Origin: Asterias rubens
Taxonomy: Eukaryota
Assembly (NCBI RefSeq): GCF_902459465.1
Contig: NC_047083.1
Location: forward strand, 4,030,001 to 4,094,000
Direction of reading: 5' to 3'
DNA length: 64,000 bases
Shown here: positions 1 through 18,265 of the stretch, piece by piece
How positions within the stretch are numbered: the first letter of the stretch is position 1
Layout of the letters: the number at the start of each line of letters is the position of its first letter
Notes under the pieces: model-generated
The model's database searches: none
What the model was told of the DNA's origin: nothing
Seen by the model: only the letters and a program-made list of their open reading frames with translations
Program-made: the position numbers and the translations under genes

Positions 1-468
1 GAAAACAAGATACTGGTAAAATGAAACGGGATGTGAAACAAGCATCGAAAATCCTAGGGATAGACATCGATCTTGATGAAACTTGCAAAGATAAGGTTCG
101 ATCTAAAGCAGAGGCAGTCGAATGTAACACTAACCATCCATTGAACAAATTCTTCATCAAACTAAGAAGTGGTAGGTGATGGCAGTCACTTCGGTGCAAA
201 ACAAACATGTACCTCAACTCCTTCATACTCTGTCCGTCTACTCAACCTCAGTGTTGAACTACTTTGTTTACTTTCTGCTTAGAAGTTGTTTTCAGTATGA
301 TTCCATAGTGGTTTATTATGTAGTTTTCTCTGATTAATTAATATTACATTGTGTATGTATTTCCAGTAGTTTATTTATGTTTGTGTATTATTAATTGTGT
401 CTGTATTGCATGTATTCAAAATGAATTTTCCTCCATGGTAGGACCAATAAAAAATTGAATTGAATTAA
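1..468 (+). mobile_element. 3' end of a non-LTR retrotransposon (Rex/Babar-like LINE), decayed, in KIAA0930 intron 4
   Basis: Frame 3 reads ...NTNHPLNKFFIKLRSGR*WQSLRCKTNMYLNSFI, resembling the HPL..F..L.SGRR..S...T.R...SF C-terminus of such ORF2 proteins; followed by a T-rich UTR, AATAAA and a (TTGAA)n tail near 447-468. Confidence 0.7.
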
Positions 469-472
469 TTAC

Positions 473-6510
<6,038 letters not shown>

Positions 6511-6618
6511 CTTGTTTTTTAATTTATTGTTTTGCAGCTGTCAGAAGTTGATTTGTCAATAGAGGGCGTTATCAACACAACATACGGCTCTGAACACAGC
6601 AGCTGCAGAGCCGCGCAC

Positions 6619-6742
6619 TTTTCGAAACCACGGCTTCAGCCTTGGATTCGACTCAGGCTAGCTTTATAGCCCCGTGGTTGTTTTGAGAATGTACGCACTC
6701 GGGGCTTCGGAATCCAAATCGAAGCCGTGGTTTCGAAAAGGG
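6619..6742. mobile_element. Palindromic MITE ~110 bp upstream of the KIAA0930 ATG
   Basis: TIR ttttcgaaaccacggcttc / gaagccgtggtttcgaaaa. Confidence 0.75.
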
Positions 6743-7042
6743 CCATAAACTGCAATAAAAAGTTACTGACTACCTCCATGTTGATATTGAAAAAATACTC
6801 AATTTTTTTTTTAAAGTCTCCAGCCTCTTGCAAACCAATTAAATACATTTTCAGACCGCCACTACACTTCTGATTTGTTTTAAATTCTTGGCAGGTCAGC
6901 CGTTTTTTGTGCTAAACCAGTAATATAAAACACCCCTGAAAAAAAGCTAATGTGCTTTTCCCAACCGACTTGCTACTAGTTTTTGAGGCCACTCCTCCTA
7001 GCTCCATAAACTATATAACAACAGTTCGTTGCTTAAATAAAG

Positions 7043-7400
7043 CCATTGGACGCTTTCGGTAAACAGTAATGTCCAAGGCCCACACTTCGTGTATCACAAC
7101 TTCTATATAAAATAACAAACCTGTGAAAATTTAGGCTCAATCGGTCATCGGAGTCGGGAGAAAATCACGGGAAAACCCACCCTTGTTTCCGCACGTTTCG
7201 CCGTGTCATGACATGTTTAAAATAAATCCGTAATTCTCGATTGAGAATTGATATTGTGTTAATGTTTTCTCAAAAAGTAAAGCATTTCATGAAATAATAT
7301 TTCAAGAGAAGTCTTTCACCATTACCTTCTTCAAACCCTGTAAGTTATTAGTAAATCTTTGAACTTTAATTTTTTTTCTGTACCGAAAGTGGCTTTAATG
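7043..7400. mobile_element. Kolobok-type MITE (agccattggac family)
   Basis: Same body as 3991-4346 in the opposite orientation. Confidence 0.7.
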
Positions 7401-7638
7401 TCACACTAGATGATACACCTGTTCTGCTGCCCCTTTACGGCAAAATAATTATAAGTAAAAGATCCTAACCTTTAAGTTACATTTTTTCTAGTAACTTTTA
7501 ATAGTAAATATCAAACAAAACAAACACACGACAAGTTACAATTCCTCTTCAAAAAAGGACATTTAATTTTTATAAAAATAAGTCCAACTGCAATCTTTAA
7601 AATTTATACTACACGGAGTAAAGTGTAGCTACACTTAA

Positions 7639-8017
7639 AGGCAGTGGACACTATTGGTAATTACTCAAAATAATAATCATCACAAAACCTTTCTTTATTA
7701 CCAGTAATAGGGAGAGGTTGATAGTATAAAACATTGTGAGAAACAGCTCCCTCTGAAGTGAAGTAGTTTTCAAGAAAGAAGTAATTTTCCACGAATTTGA
7801 TTTCGAGACCTCAAGTTTAGAACTTGAGGTCTCGAAATCAAGCACCAGAAAGCACACAACTTCGTGTGACAAGGGTGTTTTTTTCTTTCATTGTTATCTC
7901 GCAACTTCTACAACCGATTGAGCTCAAATGTTCACAGGTTTGTTATTTTATGCATATGTTGAGATACACCAAGTGAGAAGACTGGTCTTTGACAATTACC
8001 AATAGTGTCCACGGTCT
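7639..8017. mobile_element. Kolobok-type MITE, dominant family AGGCAGTGGACACTATTGGTAATT; further copies near 11438-11790, 14090-14404, 14622-15009, 15482-15834, 19930-20277, 24775-25142, 26010-27258 (several), 28060-28348, 29203-29584, 31012-31394, 33737-34112, 34770-35135, 38352-38737, 53410-53760, 60420-60785, 61860-62355, 63040-63332
   Basis: ~370-380 bp, long TIRs, AG...CT termini flanked by TTAA. TTAA duplication is shown by a filled/empty pair (18262-18648 vs 51744-51747). TTAA TSD with RR...YY ends is the established Kolobok signature. Confidence 0.85.
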
Positions 8018-8618
8018 TTAATATCTATTTGAATATTTTAATTGCATCTTGAGTAAATTTACATACAGTTTTTTGTTGAAGACTAAAAATTAAATTTTAT
8101 CTTCTATGTATATTATTAATCAGGACCTGATGGGGTACCTTTTTGAAGTTGATTTGTCATATTGATTGAGATTTGGCTTGAATTTGAGGTTTGATGGAAT
8201 AAAAAAATGCTAAAATGCGCCCCAAAATAACATTTATTATTTATTAGCATTATTTTATATCAAATATATTATTATCATGTTATTATTATCTTGTTGAAAA
8301 AACAAGCCTGATATAAACAGAGATATGAAGGCAATTGTCTCCTGTTGCCCAGATTTTTGCCTTGGTGCCCCTGAAAAATGTTCCTCTATAGAAATTGACA
8401 ACTTCCTTATAGAGTTGCCCTTTTCTGGATAACAGCATGGCAATATGAACACAATGTCAAACTTTCATTAAGCTATTAAAGCTCAAAAGCGGTCAAGCGC
8501 AACAAAATTGTTAAAATAAAAGGTGTTACCATGGTTACCATCCAAAATACTATATTACAACATGTATTGTCTTTAACTGGTTTCCTGCAATTTTTTGCTT
8601 AATAGTATTGATGACCAG

Positions 8619-8859
8619 GGCCCAATTTCATAGAGCTGCTTAAGCACACAATTTTGCTTAAGCAAAACAAAACTTGCTTAGTAATATCAGATTCCCGGCC
8701 AAGACCCACTCAATTGTTATGCTAACTTAACAACAGCTAAATACCAGTCACAAGCAATGTATATGGCATGACATTTTTGCCATTAACATGTGAAAAATAA
8801 GCGAACTATTTTCGTGCTTAAGCAAATTTTTTGCTTAAGCAGCTCTATGAAATTGGGCC
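8619..8859. mobile_element. PIF/Harbinger-related MITE with CWG TSD, downstream of the TMEM183 stop (mirror at 37515-37755; relatives near 27785-28017, 35868-36058, 62758-63000)
   Basis: TIR ggcccaatttcatagagctgcttaagca; flanked by CAG (8616-8618) and CAG (8860-8862). Confidence 0.85.
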
Positions 8860-9054
8860 CAGTTCTTATATAGTGCTTTTCACACCCAAAGGGCATCTCT
8901 AAGCGCTACCAACATTAATGACAGTAAATTGTTCAGCATATGTTTTTCAGCTTTTGAGGAAGCTGGCCTAGGCTCCTATTGTCAGACTATTAACTATTTT
9001 GTTTACAAAGTTTCGTAAACTGTGGGTCATAGTGATAGGGCATAGGTCAGGAGG

Positions 9055-12000
9055 TCAATTGTTAGCGTTCCACATGTTCAACGTCCCATTTGAATGACCT
9101 CCGCTCTCCGATTCCAATCTGAAGTTATCGTTGAACAGCGGATGCCACCAGGGGTAAACGCGAGCGCAAAGCACGGGATCAAGAATCAAGATCGTTCGGT
9201 CGGCTCTCTTGGTGTGACGCACCATCGGCTCCTGAAATTCCAGCTTTAACTTGTTGTACATCATTCCGTAGCTGACGCTGAACGATGCGTTCACTAACTC
9301 CTTCCCCATGATCCGTTCGGGCTCCAAACGATGGCAAGTCTTACACATGATTTTCAAGATCCATTGATCACGATTAGGGTTCACAAAAATCTCTCGCTCA
9401 CAATCAGAAATCTGACACGTGCGACTCGTTTCCTGAAACTTCAAGTAGTAGACGTAGTTCGAGCCCTTGCGTCGACTGACGTGGTACATGAAAATGAGCC
9501 CCGACATGTTCTCCACCGCTTCGTTGGTGTTTCTCCGCGCGGTGTTGCGGTGGGCGAAAGGCGGGTAGATGAACTGGAGAGAGCGTATAACGAGGGTGCG
9601 CAGACCAAACGTTCGCTGGATGCTGGTGTAGTGAAGCTCCTTGGGGAGACTCTTTGCTGCTTCGGGACTCCAGTACCTAGAAAAACAGGAGAGACAATAC
9701 AAAACTTACCAAGATCTATCATTCTTGTTATAGTTAATTTTATTAGATTACACAAAAGGCGTCATTAGCCATTTTTGAGATTATATGTTGGACACATAGA
9801 GGGCGCACTGGTGATACTGCTTGCACAAACGCGACGGGACCGGAAGAAAACACGCGCGCCGATTTGTACGCGCGTTGCACATGAAGTACACATTGGAGTT
9901 TGTGTTTATTTAAAACGCTATGCGATAAACACACGCTGTGCGATGTTCTTTTTGAAAATGGCCGCATGCTCACATGTCGGGCCATGTATAAAGGCCAGTG
10001 CGCCCTCTAGATCTTAATAACTCTTTGGTTGCATATTGTAGAAGTGCATTGCTTGGTTTAGATGTAAACAGCAAACCGCAAAAACTGTACACGCTTGTAA
10101 TGAACGAACGCTAGCGGGCGCTCTGTTTCTCTGATTTCCGGATCTCACCATGTCCTGTGCTCACCAAGGTCTAGGACATTTGCAAATTGAAGGCGTGGCC
10201 AGACTATGCAAATGACTCGATTATTCATATCACGTGACGGGTTGAAGATGACTATTCAAACTAGACCGAGTCAAAGGTCAATGTGATCGGCGCGCTATTT
10301 TTAATAATCTTTGCTCAAAGAGTAATTCCGTGGTCATTATAGGCCTATTAAAAGGAAAACAGTGAAATTTTAAGTATAGACTACCTATTCAGATTATGGA
10401 TACGTGACGATTTGAAATCGTAAATAATGGTCAAAAATCGAACGTAAGATTAGCATTCAGAGAGTCCGTGTAACGGACGCTTGTATGGCCCCACGGCGTG
10501 GAGCAATCGGAACGTGAAATAAGCCTTGTGGAAAATCACGTACCGCCCATGCCGTGTCTAGCAAAAGTCATGCAATGCATTTACACTGCATGCACAACAC
10601 TGATGAATTATTCATGAGCCAACTGCAACGCAGCCTCTGATTGGCTCCACCGGAAAGTCGGGGGAGATTTGCCGAAAAACAATAAAAAAGTTAAGACCCG
10701 TCGTTGCAAATGTCCTAGACCTTGGTGAGCACAGGAAATCAGAGAAACAGAGCGCCCGCTAGCGTTCGTTCATTACAAGCGTGTACAGTTTTTGCCGTGC
10801 ATAATCGGAACGTTGGTTGTGTGTGACCACGCAACACCAATGGTCTAGGAACCTAGACTACCCAGGGAGCTGAGAAAGATTAAAGAAATGTTATTGGCCC
10901 AATGACCTGCAGCCGATTTCACGAAACACTAGGATTAATCCTAACTCGAGTTAGGACGAGTGATCCCTCCTAACTTGGGATAGGTTCAATGCGTCCTATT
11001 ATTTGGATACGGAAGTGAACTCGTCCTAAGTCCTAAGATTAATCCTAAAGTTAGGAAGAGTTTGGTGAAATTGACGGCAGGGCACTAACGTAAAGTGCAT
11101 TGAGACAGTTATTGCGAAATGCGCTAGAAGAAGGTGGAGTTATTTTCGGACTGACCTGAAATACAGCTTTCTCCAGAACCCTGCAGTGTTTGTCAAGGCG
11201 TACGTGTCACGGCAGAGACATGCAAAGGTTGAGATGTCTTCAGGGTAGATAAAGGCGGACACAAGGTACCAGATAACCGTTGGGTAAGCGTTGGCACTTG
11301 AAGAGTGACCTCCTGTAACTTGCTCTGCAGCAAATAAAGAGAGAGAGAGAGGGAGATGATGGACCGTTCAGATCTCTTGCATTCTAGAGCATGGCCTACC
11401 TTCATGGCTCTGCTGTGCTGCCGAATTCTGCGCTTAAAGGCAGTGGACACTATTGGTAACAACTCAAAATAATTTTCAGCATCAAAACTTACTTGGTAAC
11501 AAGAAACGGCTCCCTCTCAAGTAACGTAATATTTGAGAAAGAGGTGATTTGTCACTGAAATAATAAAAGACTTCAGGCCTGAAGCCTTTCTTTAGGAATC
11601 TAAAAGCAAACAAATTTGTGCAAAGTTTGTTTTCTTTCTTTTTATTCTTCATTTTGTTCTTCATCTTTGATGACCGATTGAGTCCAAATTTCTACAGATT
11701 TGTTATTTTCTACATACTGGGAACAGTACTGGTTGGGATACACAAAGTGAAAATACTGGTCTATGACAACTACCAAAGGTGTCCAGTGTCTTAACCACAG
11801 TGATGAGACGCCAGTTAGCATCTTAAACTTTAGATGAATCTCAAGACTAAACATGACTGCCTCTACTTACCGACTGGCACCCTTTCTGTTGTGTCTTCCT
11901 TCTCTACCATCTCAGTTAGCTCGACAACCTCGTCATCATCAGAGAACTCTCTGTCAAACCAGTCGTCAATCACATCATCTTGCGAGGTGTTCTTCAAGAT

Positions 12001-15000
12001 TTCACTAGTGCTGTCGACGAGTTTGACTTTAAAACAAACAAAGATGGTTACGTTGAAATGTGTCACTTGACAACGCATGTAATGGCTTTAAAAAAAAATT
12101 ATAATGCAAGTTTGCCAAGAACAAGGCTAAAAGCCACCCTTGAAGAACTCTCAAACCAGTCATCAATCACATAATCTTGCGAGTTGTCCTTCAAGAATTC
12201 ACTTGTGCTGTCGACGAGTTTGACTTAAAAACAAACAAAAAACGGTTTATAAATTGAAATGTGTCATTTCACAATGCATGTACATGTACTTGGGGTTTTG
12301 TTTGTTTGTTTTCTCATAATACAAATTTGCCCCAAACGAGGCAAAAAGCCACGCTTGAAGAGCTCTCTCTCAAAGTCATCAATCACATCATCTTGCGAGT
12401 TGTCCTTTAAGATTTCACTCGTGCTGTCGACGAGTTTGACTTTAAAAGAAAACAAAGATTGAAATGTGTCACTTCACAATGCATGTAATTGGTTTTTGTT
12501 TTTGTTGTTTATATTGTTTGCCCCAAGCAAGGCTAAAAGCCACCCTTGAAGAACTCTCTCTCAAACCAGTTGTCAATCACTTCGTCTTGTGAAGTATCCT
12601 TCACAAATAATAATAATATTTAAAATTTATATTGCGCCCCTTACATACAAAATGATCAGAGGCGCAGAACACTTGTTAAAAAGTAAAGAGTGGAAGAAAA
12701 AGACAAAGAAAAAAGACTGGTCACCAGGCCAGTGCCCAAACAAAAGTATGGGGATACGTCTGTCCCGCCAACAGAGAACTAATTAATTATTTATTACATG
12801 GGCCTATATCTCTGCTGGCATCGGTAATGTTTTGACCTTTTCAGGAGACAGACGCCTCCAACCCTAACTATGCTAAAATTCTAAACTAACTGGCAAGGTG
12901 ACCATAGAAGAAGACATGTTTTCACTCGTGCTGTCGACGAGTGTGACTTTAAACCGAAAGCGGTTACATTGAAATGTGCCCCTTCACAGGCCTGGGGTTG
13001 ATTTCACCTAACTCTTCATAAACTCTTAGGATTAATCTTAGGACTTAGGAAGGATTAAGTTCCTTAAACATAGCAGTTAGGACCGTCGGACCCATCCTAA
13101 ATTAGGACGAGTCTCGTTTTAACTCAAGATTTTTGTGAAAGTGTGGGTGAAAGCGGATGCTGGGGTGGGTTTCACAAAGAGTTGGGACTAGTCCCATCTT
13201 GAGTGAAGACTAGATAATATCTTTTTTTTAATTTTTTTTAATTTTTTATTTGTCATCTTCAGAACTAATTTTTATAAGTGCTGATTTGCAATGTTCCAAA
13301 ATAGCAGTTGCAATGAAAATTTCAGTGATGAAAGGTATTAGTGCAATGATCATTGCAAAACAAGGATGTCATTATGACATCATCAGAAGTCACATGACGT
13401 CATTTTAAAGGTGTTGTGTTTTAAATGTTTGAAAATTTATCACAAATCAACCAGAAGAGACCGTAGGTTTCTGTTTGCGGGATTGGGGAGGGATAAATTA
13501 GGTCATCATTTTTTTTCGTGTGCGTGACCTCACATGACCTCTACTTCCGGTCGCAACAGGAAGTGCCCCTTTAATTCAAAAGTGGCAAAAGGTATGAAGT
13601 TGCTTTCAACGATGTTAGTGCCTGGCAAGGGTGGGCAGTTAACAAAAAATATCTATGACGTCACAAAGTGCAACCGCGCCCTCTAGCGAATATGTCTATT
13701 TTTTTATTATTTTTTTTGTATGCAAGTTTGCCCCAAACAAGGCTGACTCTTTGTAAAGGGGGGCTACAAGAAAAGAACAAAAATAAAGATGAAAATAACT
13801 TTGACCCGTTGAAGGTCGAAATAGAGTGTATGTAGTGAGAAAGGCTGTTCCAAAGACGAGGGGCAGCAGTACTGAAAGATCCGTCTCCCCAGGAGCGATA
13901 AGATCTCAGTTCAGTCAGAAGATATTGACTTGCTGAGCGAAGACCAGCTCGACTGGAGTTGTTAGGCTTAATGAGTTTCAATTATTATGATAAATGTGCC
14001 GTTCGAATTTTATGTATTGAGCGGTAGGTTAAGATCATGAGTTGGTTAAACAATTTATAATTTTAATGGTAGCCATTGAAGATTACTTACTTGGTAACGA
14101 GCAATGGGGGATAAAAACATTGTGAGAAACAGCTCCCTCTGAAGTGACAAAGTTTTAGATAAAGAAGTAATTTTCCAAGAATTTGATTAAGAGACCACAG
14201 ATTTAGAATTTGAGGCCTCAAAATCAAGCATCTGAAGGCACACAACACCGACTGGCAAGGGTGTTTTTTCTTTCATAGTTATTGCGCAACTTCGACGACC
14301 AATTGAGATAAATTTTCACAGGTTTGTTTTTTTATGCATATGTTGAGATACACCATGTGAGAAAACTGGTCTGTGACAACTACCAATAGTGTCCACTGCC
14401 TTTAAACTTACTTTCTTTACGGATAGACATTGTAGCAGCTTTACTGGTCCTCTTGCTTAAAGCACGGCAGCTGGCATTATCAGCGAATGCTTGAAGAGTT
14501 ACATCTGGGAAGAGAACAGTTAAATAATAATTCTAGTAGATATAAACAGGAGATAAAAAACGTATGGGTAGTCAAAGTTGGGACGAGTAACTCTTCGTAA
14601 CTTGAGATAAGACAATAGTCTTAAAGACAGTGTACACTATTGGTAATTGTCAAAGACTAGTCTTCTCAGTTGGTGTATCTCAACATATGCATAAAATAAC
14701 AAACCTGTGCAAACTTGAGCTCAATTGGTCGTCGAAGTTGCGAGATAATAATGAAAGAAAAAACATCCTTGTCACACGAAGTTGTGTGCTTTCTGATGCT
14801 TGATTTCGAGACCTCAAATACTACTAAACTTGAGGTCTCAAAATCAAATTCGTGGAAAATTACTTCTTTCTCGAACACTACCTCACTTCAGAGGGAGCTG
14901 TTTCTCACAATGTTTTATACTATCAACCTCTCCCCATTACTCGTAATAAAGAAAGGTTTTATGATGATAATTATTTTGAGTAATTACCAATAGTGTCCAC

Positions 15001-16021
15001 TGCCTTTAACTCTTTGTGAAATCTACCCAAGAAGAACATATGCCACTATTTTTTAAGCTCCTTGACTAACCTATTTTTGGCAAACAGCTTAAACAATCCA
15101 GAGGACTTAGCATTATTTTAATTTCCAGTGAAAAAGTTTTTCCCAACTTGGAAAACGGTACCCCCCTGCAGTTGGGTCTTTCAAAAACACATTGCCTTGG
15201 AAACGGCAAGGTGGAAAATCGTTTGAGAATGTTTATGAACTGAATAATTTATGGCAAGCAAGGTGTTTTATAGGTAGATTACATACATATAGGCTACACT
15301 GCTGTCAAAATGGCCAACTTTAGTTCGCAAAGTATTAAAGAAACACCACGCGACTTCCGAGGCATACTTGTGTGGATCATAGCTTTCTACTAACGTCTTT
15401 CTAATAGTGCATTTTATAACACTATACAAACACTTATCATAGACCAACTTGCTCGATCAAAGGCAATGCGTCTCTTTAAGTTAAAGACATTTGACACGTT
15501 GGGTAGGCCTAATTGTCAAAGACCAGTCTTCTCACATAATAACAAACCTGTGAAAAATTGAGCTCAATTGGTTGTCAAAGTTGCAAATAACATTGAAAGA
15601 AAATACACCCTTGTCACACCAAGTTGGCATTCAGATGCTTGATTTTGAGACCTCAAAATCTGCTTCTGAGGTCTCAAAATCAAATTCATGGACAATTACT
15701 TCTTTCTCAAAAGCTATACCTCACTTTATAAGAGGGAACCGTTCAACCTCTCCCCATTACTCACTCAAGTAAGGTTTTATGCTAATAATTATTTTGAGCA
15801 ATTTAAAATTACCAATAGTGTACAGTGTCTTTAAGCTGAGGGAGTATTAACCAAGTACCTTGAGCTTGTACAAACTTTGAGGAGACACCACTGGCACTAT
15901 TCCGCCCCTTTTCTTTCTGCCAGCCTCCTCTGCTCTTCTCCTTGTTCTCGACGTGAAAGTGATCAATGCCTCTTGATTTCGTTGATCTCTTTCCCCGCTG
16001 CTTTCCACTGTTGAGTGGCAT
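9055..16021 (-). CDS. TMEM183: TMEM183 orthologue, copy a, ~400 aa: join(15859-16021, 14412-14504, 11871-12026, 11156-11324, 9055-9676)
   Basis: GT-AG junctions with consistent phases (1,1,1,2). Translation includes DVTLQAFA, an acidic stretch, YPTVIWYLVSAFIYPEDISTFACLCR...FWRKLY, LP.EL....GLRTLVIRSL...YPPF, NPN, MG...VS and ILDPVLCARVYPWWHP, matching recalled TMEM183A motifs (YPMDIWLLLASYIRPEDI, VIRSLYHMYEPF, VILDPVHSVRLFDWWHP). Exon 1 (MPLNSGKQRGKR...) is the least certain; it rests on phase and a basic N-terminus. Confidence 0.88.
10073..10860. mobile_element. Left-truncated fold-back/MULE-like element (TAGTC...GACTA family) in TMEM183a intron 4
   Basis: Inverted arms 10079-10139 / 10736-10796; right end ...ggtctaggaacctagacta matches 51757-52093; absent from the mirror arm. 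Confidence 0.75.
10912..11078. mobile_element. Harbinger-like MITE family (GATTTCAC TIR, ctaggac/gtcctaac-rich body); other copies 12983-13215, 25143-25273, 31918-32180, 35478-35648, 58397-58565, 60786-60918
   Basis: Imperfect TIRs gccgatttcacgaaac / ggtgaaattgacggc and a palindromic body. Confidence 0.7.
12030..12950 (-). repeat. ~200-bp tandem units, each carrying the acceptor and first ~85 nt of TMEM183 exon 3 (mirror units 34112-34515)
   Basis: Recurrent ttttaa(a)g|tcaaactcgtcgacagcacgagtgaaatc on the minus strand, with AG at 12224-12225, 12440-12441 and 12947-12948. Confidence 0.88.
13800..13985 (-). mobile_element. L2/CR1 LINE ORF2 3' fragment
   Basis: LRSASQYLLTELRSYRSWGDGSFSTAAPRLWNSL resembles the L2 C-terminal LRS...GDRAFS.AAP.LWN.LP motif. 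Confidence 0.75.
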
Positions 16022-16253
16022 CCTGGGGGAGCCTTTAGCATAGGTTGAACATGCATTTGACAGGATGGACTCTTTTATCCTTTTCAATCACAGAAAAAAA
16101 GTGTTTAAATGAATGTAGTGCGCGATTATAAATGATCTAAAGAGTAATGGATTTTGTTCCATTATAAACCCCATCTTGATACAGATTCCATGTATCAAAA
16201 ATACACAAGGGATGGGAATGCAATGGCCATAGATGGCGGACCTTAGTTGGCAC

Positions 16254-16588
16254 CATAGACATAGAACCCGGAGAACGCTGAGCTCGGCCACCCTCTGTGT
16301 CGTCTGTGGACGCGGCAGATAAATACCGCGCAATACGCGCGTATGGGAAAATTATCATTTTGTGACACGCGCGTATGGCAAAATGGCAAGATGTCAGGGC
16401 ACATAGACCGTTTCTAGTGTTTTCATTGGTCAATGATGATGTCATTGTATGGCAAAATTGCATTCCAAAATATTTTGCCATATTCGACGCGCTACGCAAA
16501 TGGCGTAAAGCGCGTCCATAAAAATGGTCTCACAAAGAAACCGCACACACAATGAGACACTCAGCGTTCTCCGGGTTCTATTTCTATG
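16254..16588. mobile_element. MITE with CATAG...CTATG ends and 8-bp TSD (P- or hAT-type), ~230 bp upstream of the TMEM183a ATG
   Basis: TIR cataga(c/a)atagaacccggagaacgctgag; flanks gttggcac (16246-16253) and gttagcac (16589-16596). Confidence 0.7.
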
Positions 16589-16641
16589 GTTAGCACCAAC
16601 TGTCACCTCACAATGGTATTAAACTAACAATAAAAATAGTG

Positions 16642-16684
16642 AGTAACCCTCCGGCCTGGCGGCCGTCGGGAGGAGGGTTACGTT
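16642..16684. repeat. GC-rich hairpin aaccctcc...ggagggtt, possibly a rolling-circle (Helitron-like) element end; also at 5656-5688 and 50018-50062
   Basis: Palindrome seen directly; family assignment is inference only. Confidence 0.4.
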
Positions 16685-16947
16685 TTATCGCAACTAAGTT
16701 ACTAACACCGCGGTAGCAAATGACCCATCCCATTTACCTACCCATAATAACGCATTGCAGTTCTGCATCGCGATAAAGTTAAACCTTATAAGTTATTTAT
16801 CTGTTTATGCCGGTACCGATGTATGGTCATGGTGTCATAAATCATTATGTATGTTAACTAAATATAAATTGTTAAAAAAAAAAAATTAAAAGTGGTTTAG
16901 GCCTAGGCCTACTTGTATTATTTTTTTCTTTGAAGTATTATTTAGGA

Positions 16948-17078
16948 AAAGTTTCCGTATGGCGCCACCACGTTTTCATTCGATATGAAATAATAATAGT
17001 ATCTAATTTACCTCAACTCAATGATATATCCCTTTTTGTAAAAATGAGTGAAAAAGTGGTGGCGCCATACGGAAAGTT
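16948..17078. mobile_element. MITE with TIR actttccgtatggcgccaccac (partial copy near 5780-5890)
   Basis: aaagtttccgtatggcgccacca ... tggtggcgccatacggaaagtt; missing from duplication copy b. Confidence 0.7.
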
Positions 17079-18031
17079 ATCCATTATTTATATCAACCAT
17101 GGGAGGAATATCAAATTCATTCAGTTTAGGAATAAAATATGATCCAATCCAAAGTAGTCACACTCACACAGAGTGTAGTGTGTGTACAAGGACACACCAC
17201 TGAGTACTGACACTGACAGTGCAGCGAGATTGAGAAGTCAGTGTAGGTATGGAATGGTTACACTACTGTAATAGTTTTGCAAGACTGGCCGGGTGAGATC
17301 TAACTTGCAATTATTGATTAATCTTACTTACCTTCACTATGTTTGCCAACTGACAGAACAGAGTGCAAAATTGGTGGTTTAGGAAGCTTGAAGTGGCTCG
17401 TTTGTTGTGCAATCGTGTCGAGACTGACGAAGGATGAAGGATATTGCTCAGCAAACTGTCAACAATGTTAGAGCGCCCTCTGTTGGTCACACTCTACTAC
17501 TGAAAAGGCGATACTAGACTTGTCCCCAGTCCTTACCTGACAGAACGTAGGCCTTTTTGCGAATCGATCTCTTAGAAAATAACTATATCAACTGCGAAAA
17601 GGCTTACTTTGGTATCAAAGTGTGACGTGTTTAGGTTGCACTACGAAATTGCCGTAGTAGTGTTTTTCATGGGGATTTGTTGAAAAACAGAATCAGGACA
17701 TTTTTGAGGATGGCAATCTTAAGTGCAGAAAAAATTGCGTCCAGGCTAGGACCTTCTCGACTGATCCCCTGTCTTATCGATGTGTGACGCCGTTTGGGCT
17801 TTAGGGGGTCGTGCTTGATGGGGTGCCGCATGAGCCTCGACAAGGCTATTTATCATATGTATCTGCTTCTTTGAAACCACTGTACCCCTCTGGCTGGTGT
17901 TTAAAACTTATGTTCAACAGTCTACAGCTTTGTGCAATTAACTGAAACTTAAAATATCAACATAAACCACAAGAGAAACTGACTGAGTAAATTAATTGGG
18001 TAATGATTTTGAGGGTTGAACAAAGAATTGA

Positions 18032-18105
18032 CAAGAATGGGATGTGAACCAACGACCTCCGGATTGAAACGTGTTGGCGCTCTACCAACTGAGCTATCCA
18101 GCCCT
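18032..18105 (-). mobile_element. tRNA-derived SINE head or tRNA pseudogene (degenerate copy near 51570-51620)
   Basis: Minus strand gggctggatagctcagttggtagagcgcc...ggttcacatccc gives A and B boxes, but the acceptor stem does not pair. Confidence 0.6.
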
Positions 18106-18265
18106 ATTTTGAAGGTCTCCATTTTTGTCAATATCTTTGTTCGGGGATGTTCAACAATGTTAGAGCGCCCTCTGTTGGTCACACTCTACACCCAGAAGCC
18201 ATACAACCGGGTCACACCCAAAATACGAAACAACCTGGAAAGAGGCAGCCAAGGGACCACCTTAA

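Larger units (their letters stand above)
7637..14530. repeat. Left arm of a ~7-kb inverted segmental duplication (partner 31575-38737)
   Basis: Reverse-complement colinearity of the TMEM183 3' region, exons 2-5 and introns, apart from copy-specific insertions. Confidence 0.92.

Noticed and set aside
7651-7872. Recurrent 60-90 aa ORFs such as MSHEVVCF...FETSSSKLEVSKSNSWKITSF (also 14715, 18438, 26034, 29295, 31105, 33894, 38467, 62008)
   Set aside because: These are chance frames in Kolobok MITE bodies, not a multigene peptide family; frames and stops vary between copies.
9331-9768. 145-aa antisense ORF (mirror 36637-37041) and 104-aa ORF 9441-9755
   Set aside because: Shadow frames of the GC-richer TMEM183 last exon, with no independent motif.
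15320-15380. Alternative TMEM183 first exon MPRKSRG on the minus strand
   Set aside because: Very short with a weak donor (GTGTTT); the 15859-16021 exon has a better donor and matching phase. Not fully excluded without RNA data.
18032-18105. Possible functional tRNA gene
   Set aside because: The acceptor stem does not pair, the B box is mutated and the paralogous copy is broken; best read as a SINE head.
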